Assembly: GCF_006345805.1 (NCBI RefSeq)
Contig: NC_043013.1
Span: 1,612,001-1,676,000 of the forward strand
Direction of reading: 5' to 3'
DNA from: Octopus sinensis
Lineage: Eukaryota
Length of the DNA: 64,000 nucleotides
A program made the translations under genes and the position numbers. The notes below the pieces were generated by a model. That model worked only from the letters and a program-made list of their open reading frames with translations. It made no database searches and was not told the DNA's origin. Positions 13,625 through 26,451 of the stretch are shown one piece after another (positions within the stretch are counted from its first letter, which is position 1; every line of letters begins with the position of its first letter).

Positions 13625-13795
13625 CCGGATGTGATCGGATAACCTAAGCGTGTTTTATCTCGTACAAGGATACCCGAGGCATCAATAATGGTGGCAAATG
13701 TTTTATTAAACTTTGAGATAATTACAATAATTTGTATGCATGAATATTCGATTTTTCCATTTGGAGGTAATGTTGAAAAATGTACATGATGAAAG
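13625..13795 (-). other. Candidate exon (171 nt) of an unidentified gene
   Basis: Acceptor ttttctctcgtttgcag, donor CGG|gtgagt. Confidence 0.35.
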
Positions 13796-14040
13796 CTGCA
13801 AACGAGAGAAAGAGGAGACAACAGAAAATGCCAAAATAACTGGAAAATAATAAAATTTTATTTATCACTCGCCAAGTTTGATTTCTTCTAATATATACAA
13901 TTTTTTGTAGTCAATAATTCACTTGATATTCTATTTTATGTTATTTTATACAATACACATTTAATCTAATACCACAAATATAGTACATGTGTATGTATTC
14001 AAAATACTAAAGTATATGCGTATTTACACACTGATCTTAC

Positions 14041-14239
14041 AAACAGACTGCATCCATTTTCCAAAGGTTTTCAAGGAACACCAGGTTTAGTGTATGCAAA
14101 AGCAGTGCATTTACAACGTATTTGACACATTCTGCGCAAAGGTACATAATAAGCATTATTTTTCCCATTCACTGCGAGATTTCTGGAAGAACAGTTTTTC
14201 TTGTATAGACATGAAGGAGCAGCAACACACGTCGGTCTT
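14041..14239 (-). other. Candidate Cys-rich exon (199 nt) with one in-frame TGA
   Basis: Acceptor aaattcag, donor TTT|gtaaga; RPTCVAAPSCLYKKNC...MCQIRCKCTAFAYTKPGVP*KPLENGCSLF. Confidence 0.3.
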
Positions 14240-14499
14240 CTGAATTTTCAATCGTGTAATTTCAAGTTGTTTCTACTTTTCGTTGTTTAAAATAAGAAAT
14301 ACGCAAAGGAACCGCACCGGCAGAAAGACACCCAAACACATCAACAAAACACAGCTACTCCAAACTGATGAGGTACACGAAACAAATACTGAAATACTTT
14401 ATTGCATAAAAAGGAAAAGTTTCAAAAGAAGGGAGAGGTTTTCGGGGCCAGCGCTTTTAAAGTACCACACAATTTGGGAATAATAGAAGCTGGATTTGG

Positions 14500-15560
14500 A
14501 GACATTAAAAACAATGAAAGATAGTTGGATGCATGTCTGGTACTAGGCGTGGGCAGTAGCACAGGGTGTGTCTCAAAACCTGTAGCTGTTTACGCCCTAA
14601 TATGGGTGGGGCAACCTGGTTTCATCGGGCGTTTTGAAAGTATTCCTTGGAGATTCCCGCTTTTTAGTGTTAGCGAGCGATTGGAATGCCATCTTGGACT
14701 GTGCGGGGCTATATGATAGAAGGGTGAGCAAAAACTTCGCAGAACTGTTCAGATGTTTCCAACTGTTTGACAGGTACCGACTCGATTTCCTAAATGTACC
14801 AATGTGGACAGGGATAAACAGCATCGGTTCAAAAATAGACAATAGATAAAGGTAGCAAAGGTTGTCTACAATTTAAAATCGTTGGCTACACAGACCACAC
14901 ATTTGTGAACGGTACTACTGATCTAAATAGTCTTCGTAGGCAGGGCCTCCGTTACTAAAGCTGAATGTGTCATGATGCACCGAGCTCATCGAAACCGAAT
15001 TAACGAATTTGTTAAGTGGGCAGGGTGGAGGCAATCACCAGAAGGTAGTTCACGCTAAAAAAGTTGATTAAAGTAGAATTGATAAAACTTAGGATAAAGC
15101 GATGAAGGAAGTTCGAATCACTGGAAACCTAGCTACACGTTCAGAAAAAGCGTTTAGGCGGGTATCGCAACTGACATGTTTAGTAGTGATATTGGCCCTT
15201 GATCAATTCTTTCACGTGAAGCACGAAGGTTGCATAGCCAGAGCTAGGACGCAAACACTAAAACAGGAGGAGATGAAAGTCAGTCGACAGGATCTAGTGG
15301 CAGACGTGCAAAGTAACAACAAAGCCACAATTCTGTCTTTGGTGGACTGCAATTGGTGCATGCGATTCCAAGCAAGTGTATGCGGCTTCTCAGAAACACT
15401 TTGCTCGACTGTTCGTGATGAGTGGCAGCCAGGAAGGCTGGATGGATATCAACTGGGGTCGATGCAAACGACGTACACCTCCTCCGAAAATTGTTGGCCA
15501 AAATTTGAAACAATTATTATAGTTGAGGTCGACTTCAAGAAGGAGCTAAACTCCCAACTA
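14500..15560 (+). mobile_element. Degenerate Tx1-like ORF2 fragment (APE endonuclease + linker)
   Basis: VAVYA, LVLASDWNAILD, FQLFDRYRLDFLNVPMWT, GCIARARTQTL..KATILSLVD align by eye with ORF2 of the 22.8-28.1 kb LINE. Confidence 0.75.
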
Positions 15561-15774
15561 CGTCACACAAATATATGTCTGTCTGTCTGCCTGTCTATCT
15601 ATTTAACTACATATCTAGCTATATATTGATAATAAGGAGAATGAAGAGTTTGAGGATTTACGTTTATTTCCAGCAGACTTTCTCACCTTCCCGAGCGTCA
15701 AACTAATACACCTGCTTGCTGCTTATACACTTGTCTTCATCTTTTGTTTCTCTGTATATTTCAACTAGACAACT

Positions 15775-16930
15775 ATATATATATATACATAAATGGGTAA
15801 TGGTGTGTGGTGTGCGTGTGTGCTTGGGGTTACTCTAACTCCTCTCACACCGTACAACCGATTTTAATGATTTTTGGCACATAGGTAGATCACATGCCCT
15901 GAAGTTCAAATAAAGCCGGAAGTTTTCGAAAATTCGATAATGCTCAGTTGGCATCGATTTTTGTGATCTCAATCGGGCGTTTGAATGGAAATTCCCATAA
16001 CGATGTTATTTTTCTTGCAACTTTTGCATTTTTTGTTCGATTTTGATGAAAATCGATGAGTGAGCGAGGCTCACGGCAGTGAGTTGATGTCAGTATATGG
16101 CATTGACAAAAAAAATCGATAGTTGCGCCTGAGCAGTGGTTTTATAAAATCAATAGGCTTTTTGCGTGAAAATACCCATAGGGATTTTATTTTTGGTCGT
16201 AACTTTTATACTTTTTTAACCGATTTTAATGAAATTTGAGAAGTAGTTGGGGAGACGGTAAAGGTGTTTATTTAATTCAAAAGGGCCTTAAAAGGGCACG
16301 TGATTACAGTTCATGTCCCTGAAGAGTTGATAAAAAATCGATAATTGCGCGTGAGCGGGGATTTTAAGAAATCAATAGGCGTTTTTATGCAGTTACCTAT
16401 AGTATTAATATTTTATGCTGTAACTTTCACAGAATTCATCCGATTTTGATGAAAATTGACATTTAGGTAAAGTTTATGGTAGGAGTCGTGTAGAAAAATT
16501 AAAATTAAACTGGTGAAAGGCAGAAATCGTCAAAATTCATTCAATAAAATAATGAACTGATTTTGAAAAAAATTGACCGATGAGTAAAATTAAGCTCTTC
16601 GACATATGAAACATCGATTATTCATATAATGTATTGATATTTAAAAGTCAATTGGATGTTTTCATGTAGATAGTCACATGGATTCTATCTTATGACATAA
16701 CCTTAACACTTTTCTCCGGATTATGCTGAGATTGGACACGCTGATCAATTTTGTACAGAGGGTAGCATTAAGGGGAGAGAAATAAACAAATATCGGTCTC
16801 AACGGTCGAAGTACGCCCAAAAGTTTGACCGCGATTTCAGACAGTCCAGTATGTCGGAGCATATCGAAAGCATTAACCGGGGAAAATCCCTGTCAAACCG
16901 GATATAACACCTTAATGGGTAATAGTTGAG
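15775..16930. mobile_element. Helitron/Helentron-like non-autonomous element with diverged internal repeats
   Basis: Repeated ccgattttaatga(a/t)(a/t)tt motif, three ~120-bp internal units, (TA)n/(TG)n start, aatgggtaat at both ends. Confidence 0.4.
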
Positions 16931-17169
16931 ACGGGAAACGTAGAAGATTTCGACACAAGGTCAGAGATGGGCTTAACTTCAGCACAGAAAACATGAGTAA
17001 CACTTAAGGATTACTTAAAACAGTTCTTGAAGTGCAAAGGTGATTTAAAAAAACAATAAAAAAAAAACTTCATGAAATCTGTTATGAGGATGTTACTAAC
17101 CTTTTTTGGGAAGAAGTTATACACACACTCACACACACACACACACACACATGTATACATATATGAATG

Positions 17170-17720
17170 TTGGGTGCTGGTCTTTATAGACTTTAGATAC
17201 AGAGGTCTTAAGGGGAGCCGACGTTCTGAGCACTGAGACGATGGCGCACAAGTACCATTTGATTTGAACTGAACACCTCACCTTGTTCGGATGAATATCT
17301 GTAGGATCTCTGAACAGATGCTATATGGTGAACCTGTTTGTGGTAAGTGATCCCAGCAGAAACCAAGATTACAATTTAAGGACTGTGTAAAGTCCTCGTT
17401 TAAGGTATGTGAAATATAGAAGGGCAAGTGGGAAAGCAATGCTTGTCATCACCACAAATGGAGGAAACAAGAAAAAGAAGGTATTTTCGAAAAACACCTA
17501 CATTTTCCATGCAGAATTTATGCGAGTTGCTCCAAAACGCATCAGTAAGGTAGAGAATGGAAGAAGCTTGGTTTGCAATATCTGTGGGTGTGTATGTCTA
17601 TCAAGAGCTGGGTTCATTAATCTCCAGCGGAACCACAAGGGTAAAGTATTAATGTTCCTAATGGTCAGTGATGGTGTTCATCGATCACAAGTGGACACAT
17701 ATCATATATGTATGTAGCTG
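17170..17720 (+). mobile_element. RTE-clade LINE 3' remnant
   Basis: HLVRMNICRISEQMLYGEPVCGK*SQQKPRLQFKDCVKSSL and C-terminal CNICGCVCLSRAGFINLQRNH. Confidence 0.75.
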
Positions 17721-18142
17721 CCTAGTAGTGAGTATCTACGTGCACGTTTGTGTATTTTACACATGAGTTCCATAATTTCGGTCTGATGCCATTTACTTTT
17801 TATAAAGCTTTAATAACTGTTTACAGATTCGTTCATAGTAACAATTAAACAAGAAACTTTAGCGCTGATCGCTGTTACGACTTGTTGTTCATAGGTCTTG
17901 ATGATTCCGTGTAACAAACTCCCAAGCTTTCGTACATATTATTATTTGTATGAAATTATATGTAATATGTGTTCAGTATTGTGGATGAAATATTTGTGGC
18001 TCAATTTCAAAGACAAAAGAAAGTTTCCCTATATAACGAAGTTAGTGCAACCTAGTAATGAGTTTCTTTATGTTTTCTCGCGCAATGTTATCTATAAAAC
18101 TAAGCAGATTACTACTTCAGCAACCATCTTGTATGTCATATT

Positions 18143-18656
<514 letters not shown>

Positions 18657-19129
18657 TAAGGAAGGAAATACATAAAACATATTTATTGAAGGTTTGTTTG
18701 TATTTTTTCTATGTCAATAATGTATACAAAGCACGAAAACAGCTAATAATTCCTGAACATCCGAAGTTGTCCCAGAGCTGTCCAGTACTTGGGTTGCTAC
18801 ATAACTCTTGGCAATCGGTTTCATTACAATTACAGCATTACCATTGCAGCTGACCCGTAAACCCCTTCAACGGTCATTAAACTACAACTCTGCCGTTGCT
18901 ACTGAAGCCGTTTTGTATTGTAGTAAAAAGATAAACGAATACCCTTTGAAAAGGATTTCTGGAAAACCAAGACTGATTAACAAAGAAACCCTGGGGCAGT
19001 CAAATGCTATGATAACTACACAAGGGAAGCAATTAACGGTCGCTCGACCTTTTAGAAATAACAGCTAAATTCCCTCAAGTTACTTCTTATTATCTTAAAA
19101 GTGAATGGACACATCTAATTCACGCGTAT

Positions 19130-19855
19130 ATTCTTTTCTACTCTAGACACAAGGCCCGAAATTTTGGGGAGGGTGCCAGAAGATTAGATCGATCTCAGTA
19201 CGTAACTGGTACTTAATTTATCGACTCCGAAAGGATGAAAGGCAAATTCGACCTCGGCGGAATTTGAACTCAGAACGAGATACCTGTTTCTTTATTATCC
19301 ACAAGGGGCTAAACATAGAGGGGGAAAACAAGGACAGACAAACGGATTAAGACGATTACATCGACCCCAGTGCGTAACTGGTACTTAATTTATCGACCCA
19401 GAAGGATGAAAGGCAAAGTCGACCTCGGCGGAATTTGAACTCAGAACGAGATACCTGTTTCTTTATTATCCACAAGGGGCTAAACATAGAGGGGGAAAAC
19501 AAGGACAGACAAACGGATTAAGACGATTACATCGATCCCAGTGCGTAACTGGTACTTAATTTATCGACCCAGAAGGATGAAAGGCAAAGTCGACCTCGGC
19601 GGAATTTGAACTCAGAACGAGATACCTGTTTCTTTATTATCCACAAGAGGCTAAACATAGAGGGGGAAAACAAGGACAGGCAAACGGATTAAGACGATTA
19701 CATCGACCCCAGTGCGTAACTGGTACTTAATTTATCGACCCAGAAGGATGAAAGGCAAAGTCGACCTCGGCGGAATTTGAACTCAGAACGTAACGGCAGA
19801 CGAAATACGGCTACGCATTTCGCCCGGCGTGCTAACGATTCTGCCAGCTGGCCGG
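19130..19855 (-). mobile_element. SINE array: three 171-bp tail-B units stacked in a tail-A SINE
   Basis: aatttgaactcagaacg recurs at 19261, 19432, 19603, 19774; single head at the right end. Confidence 0.92.
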
Positions 19856-20179
19856 CTTCCATGGCGTATGTTGACAGAGGTTGGATTATGTTTGACGGTA
19901 GGTCTGCTGGATTAAGGCTGAAACGGAAGATTAACAACAACCACAACAACTGTTATGATACTTGACAATAAATTTAAATAACGCTGTATATTAATCCTAA
20001 TTAAGTCAGAAAATGTATGAATGCTCGGAGAGTTTGTTGACTTTGAATCGCCCAAACCCGTCAACAGCGAATCATATGAGCGATTAGCACCAATCCCTGT
20101 TAATGGATTGTCACTGTCAATGGTTTATGAAAGACAAAATTGCACCTCACCAAAATGACGGAATTCATAACTACTATAA

Positions 20180-20223
<44 letters not shown>

Positions 20224-20315
20224 GCAAAAAATTAGATTCAGATGAATATGTTACTTAAGTTGCACCAGAAATTTAGTACGGTATTATCCATGCAATTTCA
20301 AAATGAGGTGATTAA

Positions 20316-20448
20316 AATCAAAATAAGCAACAAGGATATCCAGATGTAATGCAGTACGATCGTTTCACGCGACTCCATTTAATTGAACAATGTTGCGTGA
20401 AACGATCGTACTGCATTACCTCTGGATATCCTTGTTGCTTATTTTGAT

Positions 20449-20449
<1 letters not shown>
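20316..20449. repeat. 55-bp near-perfect inverted repeat, 24-nt loop
   Basis: 20316-20370 vs 20395-20449, one mismatch. Confidence 0.9.
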
Positions 20450-20495
<46 letters not shown>

Positions 20496-21759
20496 AAACT
20501 GTTCTCTCTCTGTTTCTTTCTCTCCCCCCTTCTCTCTAAATACGTATATAAAACAGCACTTGACAATTGTCGTAGCTGAAACATGGCGTACATTTGTCAA
20601 AAGGTGGGAAAGTTTAATTAACAAAAACGTTATTCTATCGTTGGAAGAAATGAAAAGTAGGGAACTGTCAAAAATGGGAGAAATGGTAGGACGTCAGACT
20701 AAATAATTTAAAATGAAATAGTTGTTAATACGAGCAATAGGGCGAGCAGGTTAAAACTAATGAATTATTTTGATGATACGGACAGTGAGGAGAGGGGAAT
20801 AGTGTTGAACAACGAGCAGAATAAAGAAAGGCGACAACGCCAACTTTAAAACAAAATCTATAAACAATTATTGTGTATCAGAGTTCCAATTTATTAAAAC
20901 TGGAAATAGGTAATGCGGTGAAAGGAAGTATAGTCTGGTCTTTGTCAAAAACGGTGACAATTCCAGGCAAGCGTCTTATTAAGGCCTTTTTCCGCCAACA
21001 ACTGTCATTTACGAGTCTGTTAGATCAACAGAAAGCAATGGCACACTACAATTACAATTAACTTCCGCCTTTCTTATAAAACTATATTAATGATAAACAA
21101 AATGAATGGTTGATAACTAAACAATATTGCAAGCTATTATAGGAATCACTAGAGCATAAACCATTAATTTATACTTTGTTTGGTTGTGATCAATGAACCG
21201 GAAGATGCATTGGTGATCAATATGGCATAAATACATGAAGGCATTTCAAAATATTATGCGATTTATTTGTTATTCCAAAGAATAATTTCACAGTTTTTGT
21301 TCCTTGATATTGAAGGATGTGATAATTGGGTGAAATCAGCTGGTTAATGTTTGGTTTGTATTGTGTTTTGAATGCTTTGAGGAAAGGCAGCGGCAGTGTA
21401 AATGCTAGGAAGAATCAGTTTGCATGGCAAAAGTGGGTCTATGACCAGCGAGGGAAAAATAACTTCCTGATGATTTTTTTTTCTTTTTTACCCCAGAAGA
21501 AAAGACTATAAAACGACCGACTGTATTTTCTTGGATATTTTTGCCGTTGAACATAAAAGGATATCTAACGAACCATAAAAACTGTTGTTTCATATTAAAT
21601 AATTAGACATGAACTCTCTCCAGCTAATAAAAAACTAATTGAAAAGACAAGATTGTTCAAAGAGAAATGCAATGAACTACATTCACTCGGTCATTGTTCC
21701 CATTCTTATTAATAATTATTTGATATAATTAATGTCTTGATATACTGTCATCTTCGATG

Positions 21760-21940
21760 GTTTGGCAGAATCGTTAGAGTGTCGAACAAAATGTCTTGCG
21801 GTATTTAATTACAGTCCTTTAGGTTGTGAGTTCAAATTCCGAAGGTATCAACTTTGTTTACCACCCTTCCGAGTTTGTTAAAAATAAATACTAGCCAGAA
21901 ACTGAGATCGATATAATCGATCATACCCAAACCTTGCACC
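21760..21940 (+). mobile_element. Old tRNA-SINE copy
   Basis: tggcagaatcgttag ... gtgagttcaaattcc. Confidence 0.6.
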
Positions 21941-22263
21941 TATATATGAAGACTTGAGCATACAAGAAATCAATATTTGGTACATTTAAAAACGCAAGGT
22001 TACAGGAATCGTCGAACATAGAGTGAAATTCTTTAGAGTATCTGAGTTCATACGAGGATGTTCCCTTCCGTACTTTTGATTTTTAAACTAAATACCAGTA
22101 ATATCTTCGAGTATACTATGTAAAACAGACTCAATACAATGAAAGAGACTAGTCTGTGCCACAAAACATAATTAAACAAGATTTTAAAAAATATTCCATT
22201 AAATTATTCGTTTCTTTCCTCAGTATTTTTCGTCAGTTATATTTCTTTTGAACAAAAATAATC

Positions 22264-22796
22264 TTTTCTACTCTAGGCACAAGGCCTAAAATTTTGGAAG
22301 ATGGGGACAGTCGATTAGATCGACCTCAGTACGCAACTGGTGCTTAATTTATCGACCCCGAAAGGATGAAAGACTAAGTCGATCTCGGCGGAATTTGAAC
22401 TCAGAATATAAAGACAGACGAAATACCGATTTCTTTACTACCCACAAGGAGCTACATACAGAGGGGACAAACAAGGACAGACACACGGATTAAGTTGATT
22501 ACATCGACCCCAGTGCGTAACTGGTCCTTTTTTTAATCGACCCCGAAAGGATGAAAGGCAAAGTCGACATCATCGGAATTTGAACTCAGAACGTAGCGGC
22601 AGACGAAATACTTATTTCTTTACTATCCACAAGGGTCTAAACACAGAGAGGACAAACAAGGACAGACAAACGGGTTAAGTCGATTATATCGACACTAGTG
22701 CGCAACTAGTACTTAATTTATTGACCCCGAAAGGATGAAAGGCAAAGTCGACCTCGGCGGGATTTGGACTCAGAACGTAACGGCAGACGAAATACG
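22264..22796 (-). mobile_element. SINE array (tail-A unit plus two tail-B units) hosting the LINE
   Basis: Junctions aaagaaat(cg/aa)|gtatttcgtctg at 22426 and 22611. Confidence 0.9.
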
Positions 22797-23043
22797 AATT
22801 TCTTTATTGCCCACCGGGGGCCAAACATAGATATGGACAGTACAACTGATGGGATCAGTGAATCGATATGATTTTACATAAATGTGACATCAAAAATAAA
22901 ATACAATACATAAAAATCGAATGGAATACACAGTACAAAACAATACAAATGAAGCGATGATCAAGTTACGCTCCGATCCCACAAGCCCCGATCTACCGCT
23001 GATACCTTTTTATTTTTCCTTTTTTTTTTTTTTCCTCGTCTAT

Positions 23044-26000
23044 TCACACGGTTCCTTGCACGCACAACACTCGTGCAACATACTTCCATCTCTTTTGGAA
23101 CGTACACTCTGACAGACACCTCTTCTCCAGCCACAGTTTCCTTTTCAAATGAAAAGAAAAAAAGGATCGTAAATTGTCACCAGAGATAAAGTTGCCTGTC
23201 TTAATTCCTTTTATCCTAGTATTCCATACAGCCTCTTTTGCTATTGCTACAACCGTGAGAAAACAATTCTTACCTTCGTTCGTTAGAACTCCCGGTGGGT
23301 CAATTTTTATAATTGACTCAGTCGACAGCCGTACTCTTCCTTCGCCGGACAACAGATGTTCAGCATAAGCCCACATTTCAGTTATCTCCGGACACTGAAC
23401 AATAGCGTGAGGGACGGTTTCCCTGTCCCCACCGCATCTTGGACAGGTCGGCGACTGACGTTTACCATGTCTTGCGAGCTTATCCCAAACGGGCAAGGCA
23501 CCTCTGTAGCATTGCCAGGTTAAGGACTTTTGGAAGTTGTCCAACGTTCTCAACCCGAATGTACGATGAAACAAGCTGTCCAGTTGAATAAATCCGAGAC
23601 CTAGAGTCGACCCCAGGCCATCGTCGCATTCAGACTCTACCAACCCACTATATAAAATCCGTGTGGAACCCCCACCGCTGGCGTTGCCCGAGCGCCGGAA
23701 CAGCAAGAGGGCCTTACGGCACTCTTTATGCCACTCACTCGACCTCGGTCTACGAGAACACCAGGCTTCCTGTTCGCAAAAACTCTTGAACTCAGGGAAC
23801 ATTTGTCTGGCCAGCGGAGACCACACCCGTTCACTATCCAGGAGAATCCAGAGGTGCCTCAACCTCAACGCATGTCTGCGCATCACTAACCAAGGCATCC
23901 CTAAACCTCCATTTAAAGGCTTTTGACAGCAGACAGAGCGTTTCACAAGTGGCGACCTGCCCTTCCACAAAAAGCGAAAGAGCTGTCTCTCCAACCTGAT
24001 CAACCACGAATCCGGACAGGGCACGACAGTCAGGCGGTAGGTAATGACCGATGCGATAAACACATTGGCCACTTCCGCCCTCCCTTTCAGGGATAGCCAC
24101 CGCCAAGACCAAGTCTTGACTACTGCAGCCACCCTGCTCAATACCTCCGTCCAGTTCTTCTCTATCTGGAGGCCTGGTCCAAACCAGACTCCCAGCAACT
24201 TAACCGGTCCCTCCGTCCAGCGCCTAACAACACTGTCTGAAGGCATCGACTTGCCAACCCAGGTGCCGAGCTGCAAGCCGACCGACTTTTCCCGGTTAAT
24301 CTTTGCTCCTGCTACCTCCTCGTAAGCCTCAATAGTCTTACCTACTTCACGTAGGCGTACCACTGTGGTTACACTGATAGTGATATCATCCGCGAAAGCC
24401 GTAACAAACTCCTCTAGTCCTGGTTCTCTCGGGATGCCACTCAACCTTTGCAGTAATGGCTCGAGAGCCATCACATACAAAAGTGGTGAAAGCGGACATC
24501 CTTGACGAACCGAGCGTCTGATGCAGAACGGCTTCGAAAGGAAACCGTTCACCCGAACTATCGAGTCAATGTTGTGGTACAAAGCGATAAACCACCTGAG
24601 GAAGCCAAGGCCCAGGCCAAACCGCGCAAGTACAGTCGCTAGGTATCGATGGTCAACCCTATCAAAAGCTTTAGACTGGTCCAAATGCACCAATGCCCCA
24701 CCTTTGCCAGATTTATTACCAAACCTCTCTATGGTATAGCGAATAAGATGGAGGGTATCCTGAATGGTTCTGCCTGGGATGGCACATGTCTGTGCCTCCC
24801 CGACTATACCATTCGCGACACGCGCCAACCTTTTTGCTAGAACCTTGGCCAAAATCTTCACTTCTGCGTTTAACAGAGTGATGGGCCTGAAATTCTCTAG
24901 AACGTCCCCCTTGTCCGGGTCCTTTCTGACCAACGTCACTACTCCCCGGCGCACAGATCTGGGGATAACCCATTCTGTTTCCAGTTCGCGTACACGTCAG
25001 TCAGTAGTTGCCCGAACAAGTCTGGCATACATTTATACAGCTCGTACGGAAGACCATCAAGTCCCGGTGACTTACCCGCTTTACAATCGGCCAAGCCTCC
25101 ATCACCTCCTCAAGTGTGATTGGCCCTTCGCAAGACTCCGCATCCGACCCCGAGAGGCACGGCAGCCCGGTAAGAAAGTCCTCGAGGGCTCTCCCACCAC
25201 CAGGACCGCCGTCACCCCCGAACAGCTGGGCGAAGTACTCCCGAAAGACCTCACACATTTTCTCGGGTTCGTTTATCAAGACACCATTTTGATTCGTCAA
25301 AGACCGAATAGAGGAACTATTTCCTTGCCGAGCTTCCACCACTCGGGCCCATCCAGCGGCTTTGATTCCTTCACTTCCCATTGCACGTAACTTAGCTCTG
25401 GTAATACTTCCCATGTGGTGGGCTTCAAGATGCTGGTTTAACTCCAGTCTTTTCACCCTCGCTTGGTCTGTATTACCAGTCCTCCAGGCTTCTTCTAGTT
25501 CCTTAACTAGACCATCTCCTATTTTACGTCCCTTCTTAGCTAAACTTATGCTAAACCTAATAGACTCATATTTGATGGCTCTTTTTAGGGCGTACCACCA
25601 TTTGTTATTAATGATGGTACCTGTTAATGCCCTCTGTATTAACATCTTGATCCGCTTTCTGTACTCCTCAATCGCCAAAAGGGACGTATTGAGTTTCCAG
25701 TAGCCAGATCCCTGTCTATGCAACTTATCTACCGTCAGTTTACAGGTAACCATCTTGTGGTCACTGTAGCTGACTAGAAAAAACTGTGGACACTCAACTA
25801 TGGACTTATCTTTTTCTCTAATTAAAATCCTATCTAGAATTGTTCTGGTAGACCCGTCACTATTTGACCACGTCCACTGTGGAGTGTTCGGGTGCTCCAA
25901 CCTATGGATCTGCTAGCTGAAATTGACTTAGCAGATCCCGAAAGCCTGTGTTACATTTTCTGTTCATGTTCGAGTTTGAGCCAACACAATCTGTGTGTGC

Positions 26001-26440
26001 TGCACATATTGTATTAGAGTCTCCTAACACTACTAGTGAATGCGACGTGGCTAGGAACTTTCCTAGGCCACGAAAATATTCAGTTTGCGGGCCAATAATG
26101 TTTGGTGCATAAATAGCGACCAGCCTGATTGTCTTGCCACAACTGAATGTCAAGTCGAGAACGACCAGCCTGCTTCTGGGTCAGAAAAAACCAACTTTTT
26201 CTCGGCTACCCGGTTTCTTTTTAGTAGGACCAACACCCCACCCCCACCTCCCGCCCGACTCGGAGAAACGTATTTCTCGTAGCCGTTCAGGAGGGGGAGC
26301 AGATCTCTTGGCCCCTTCACCCGGGTTTCCGTTGCAACAATTACATCCAAATTTCTCGACCTGATGTCATTCAGAAAGCGTCCTTGCTTCCAGCTTGACA
26401 ACAGGCCATGAACATTTAAACAACCAATGTGAATAGCCAT
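23044..26440 (-). pseudogene. Tx1-like ORF2 (APE endonuclease-RT-zinc finger), broken into four ORFs
   Basis: IGCLNVHGL, IVATET, LVAIYAP, LDRIL, SDHK; FRPITLLN, LDQSKAFDRV, QGCPLSP, FADD; CPRCGGDRETVPHAIVQC. Confidence 0.92.
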
Positions 26441-26451
26441 CACTTACCTGT

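Noticed and set aside
18760-18930. Cys-rich minus-strand stretch (CCNCNETDCQELC)
   Set aside because: Stops nearby and no convincing splice donor
19130-19855. CRISPR-like regular array
   Set aside because: Units are whole SINE bodies with no unique spacers; eukaryotic context, no cas genes
23005-23035. T-run as the LINE's poly(A) end
   Set aside because: The TSD and shared tail place the true 3' end at 22797; the A-run is internal to the 3' UTR
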